Positions 43,070 to 44,464 of a DNA stretch of 44,464 nucleotides are shown here, piece after piece. The notes beneath the pieces are model-generated. The model had not been told where the DNA came from. It made no database searches and worked only from the letters and a program-made list of their open reading frames with translations. The stretch is from Prevotellaceae bacterium (GTDB lineage Bacteria; Bacteroidota; Bacteroidia; Bacteroidales; UBA932): positions 1 through 44,464 of the forward strand of contig JAIRMW010000136.1 of NCBI GenBank assembly GCA_031258415.1, in the 5' to 3' direction. How positions within the stretch are numbered: the first letter of the stretch is position 1; the number at the start of each line of letters is the position of its first letter. A program made the position numbers and the translations under genes.

Positions 43070-44464
43070 ATGCAAAAACAAGCAGACACCCTAAAAATCG
43101 GACGCTGGCTGGCTATGGCCGCCATGTCGTTCCTTGCGGTGTGCACGTATGCACAGACGCAGGTTTCCGGCGTTGTCAAAAACAATGCCGGCGAACCCAT
43201 TATCGGCGCAACGGTCGTAGCCGAAGGCACTACCGTTGCCGCGATGACTGATGAGAACGGCCGGTACACTATTAATGTATCGGCCGGGATAACCTCGCTG
43301 ACGGTTTCGTTCCTCGGAATGAAAACCCAAACCGTACCGGTTACCGGCAGCGTAGTAGATGTAACGCTTCAGGAAGAAGCGACGATATTGACCGAAGTGG
43401 TCATGATCGGCTATGGCTCGGTGAAAAAACGCGACCTGACCGGCGCGGTTTCATCCGTCGGGGCGAAAACGATTGCGGCAATCCCTATCTCGTCGGCCGC
43501 CGAAGCGCTGGTGGGTAAGATGGCCGGGGTACAGGTCGTTTCGACGGAAGGATCGCCCGATGCGGAAATCAAAATCAGAGTGCGCGGCGGCGGCTCCATT
43601 ACGCAGGACAACTCGCCGCTCTACATCGTCGACGGATTTCCGGTGAGCAATCTGAACGCCATTTCACCCAACGACATTGCGACCGTCGACGTCCTGAAAG
43701 ACGCCTCGTCGACCGCGATCTACGGCGCACGCGGTGCAAACGGCGTAATCATTGTTACCACCAAAACGGGTACGCCGGGACGGACGACCGTCAATTTCAC
43801 CGCCTATGCCGGCGTGAAGAACATCACCCGCTACCTCGACGTATTAAACCCCTACGAGTTTGCGCTCTCGCAGGCGGAAATCATTGGCGCCGACAATAAC
43901 GACTACACGAAGTTCTTCGGCGAATTTGGCGATATTGATCTGTACAACTACCAGCAGGCGATCGACTGGCAAAAAGAACTGTTCGGGCGTACGGCGATTA
44001 CGCAATCGTACAACCTGAGCATCACCGGCGGCAATGAGGCGACGACCTACAACCTGAGCCTGTCGCGCAACGCGGAAGAGGGCGTCATGTTAAATTCCGG
44101 TTTTGAACGAACCAATTTGAATTTTAACATGAAAACCAAGCTGAACGACCGCATGAACGTAACGTTCAACGTGCGGCTGGCCAATACCGGCGTCGACGGA
44201 CCCGGGCTGACCAGTTCCGGATCGGTATCGACAGGGCGCTTGAAGAATGCCCTCCAGTTCCGGCCTACGCTGGGTATTGCGTCGTTTAGCGACAACGTCG
44301 ACCCGTCGTTCCTCGAAGACATGGAGACCTCGAGCCAGCTTTACGACCCGGTGGAAACGGCCAACGACGACTATCAGAGCCAATCCCGTTTGAACACCGC
44401 CTACAACGGCGCGTTCGACTGGACGTTTATCCCCAATCTGAAATACCGTCTGGAAGTCGGTTAT
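43070..44464 (+). CDS. Second SusC/RagA-family TonB-dependent transporter, 5' 465 codons (runs off window end)
   Basis: Not in the ORF track because it is open-ended. Translation from the ATG at 43070 gives MQKQADTLKIGRWLAMAAMSFLAVCTYAQTQVSGVVKNNAGEPIIGATV...DLTGAVSSV...IATVDVLKDASSTAIYGARGANGVIIVTTK. It is a paralogue of 28767..32120. Confidence 0.9.
   Translation, partial: MQKQADTLKIGRWLAMAAMSFLAVCTYAQTQVSGVVKNNAGEPIIGATVVAEGTTVAAMTDENGRYTINVSAGITSLTVSFLGMKTQTVPVTGSVVDVTLQEEATILTEVVMIGYGSVKKRDLTGAVSSVGAKTIAAIPISSAAEALVGKMAGVQVVSTEGSPDAEIKIRVRGGGSITQDNSPLYIVDGFPVSNLNAISPNDIATVDVLKDASSTAIYGARGANGVIIVTTKTGTPGRTTVNFTAYAGVKNITRYLDVLNPYEFALSQAEIIGADNNDYTKFFGEFGDIDLYNYQQAIDWQKELFGRTAITQSYNLSITGGNEATTYNLSLSRNAEEGVMLNSGFERTNLNFNMKTKLNDRMNVTFNVRLANTGVDGPGLTSSGSVSTGRLKNALQFRPTLGIASFSDNVDPSFLEDMETSSQLYDPVETANDDYQSQSRLNTAYNGAFDWTFIPNLKYRLEVGY

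Overview
High-GC Bacteroidota chromosome segment. The phylum call rests on SusC/SusD pairs, TAnnTTTG -7 promoter boxes and lipoprotein or signal-peptide surface proteins; a Rikenellaceae/Alistipes-like origin is only a guess. I support 30 protein-coding genes and found no rRNA, tRNA, CRISPR array or transposase/integrase.

Gene content in order:
- An edge-truncated DNA methyltransferase that is missing from the ORF track.
- glnA, then a two-gene surface operon (a PEGA-repeat protein with a C-terminal beta-barrel, plus an LPP20-like secreted protein).
- mnmD-like, SDR, OsmC, mltG, relA/spoT, a flippase-like membrane protein and an orphan ABC-2 permease.
- ADP-forming acetyl-CoA synthetase, aroB-aroD-aroE, truA and a lower-GC sugar MFS transporter.
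- An orphan sigma-54 response regulator, cmk-ispH and lacI-uxaA.
- A polysaccharide-utilisation locus (PUL): SusC/SusD, a pectinesterase-like beta-helix protein, a 217-aa cytoplasmic unknown, a 1054-aa beta-helix protein, a PL10-like lyase and a second SusC cut by the window end.

The most unusual signal is non-coding. Many intergenic regions hold perfectly phased tandem arrays:
- 30 x 7 bp GAYRCTC.
- AATAATG/TAGTTARWG arrays that begin inside the last codons of two PUL genes.
- Four separate arrays with about 21-bp units, each carrying a different short palindrome. One has 7 x 21 bp with ATTCGCGCGAAT and another has 3 x 21 bp with ATGACACGTGTCAT.
- An (AC)41 microsatellite upstream of the first SusC.

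A CGCGCG-core palindrome related to the 7-copy array also sits beside the (AC)41 tract. All coordinates were hand-derived. No database search or statistics were run.
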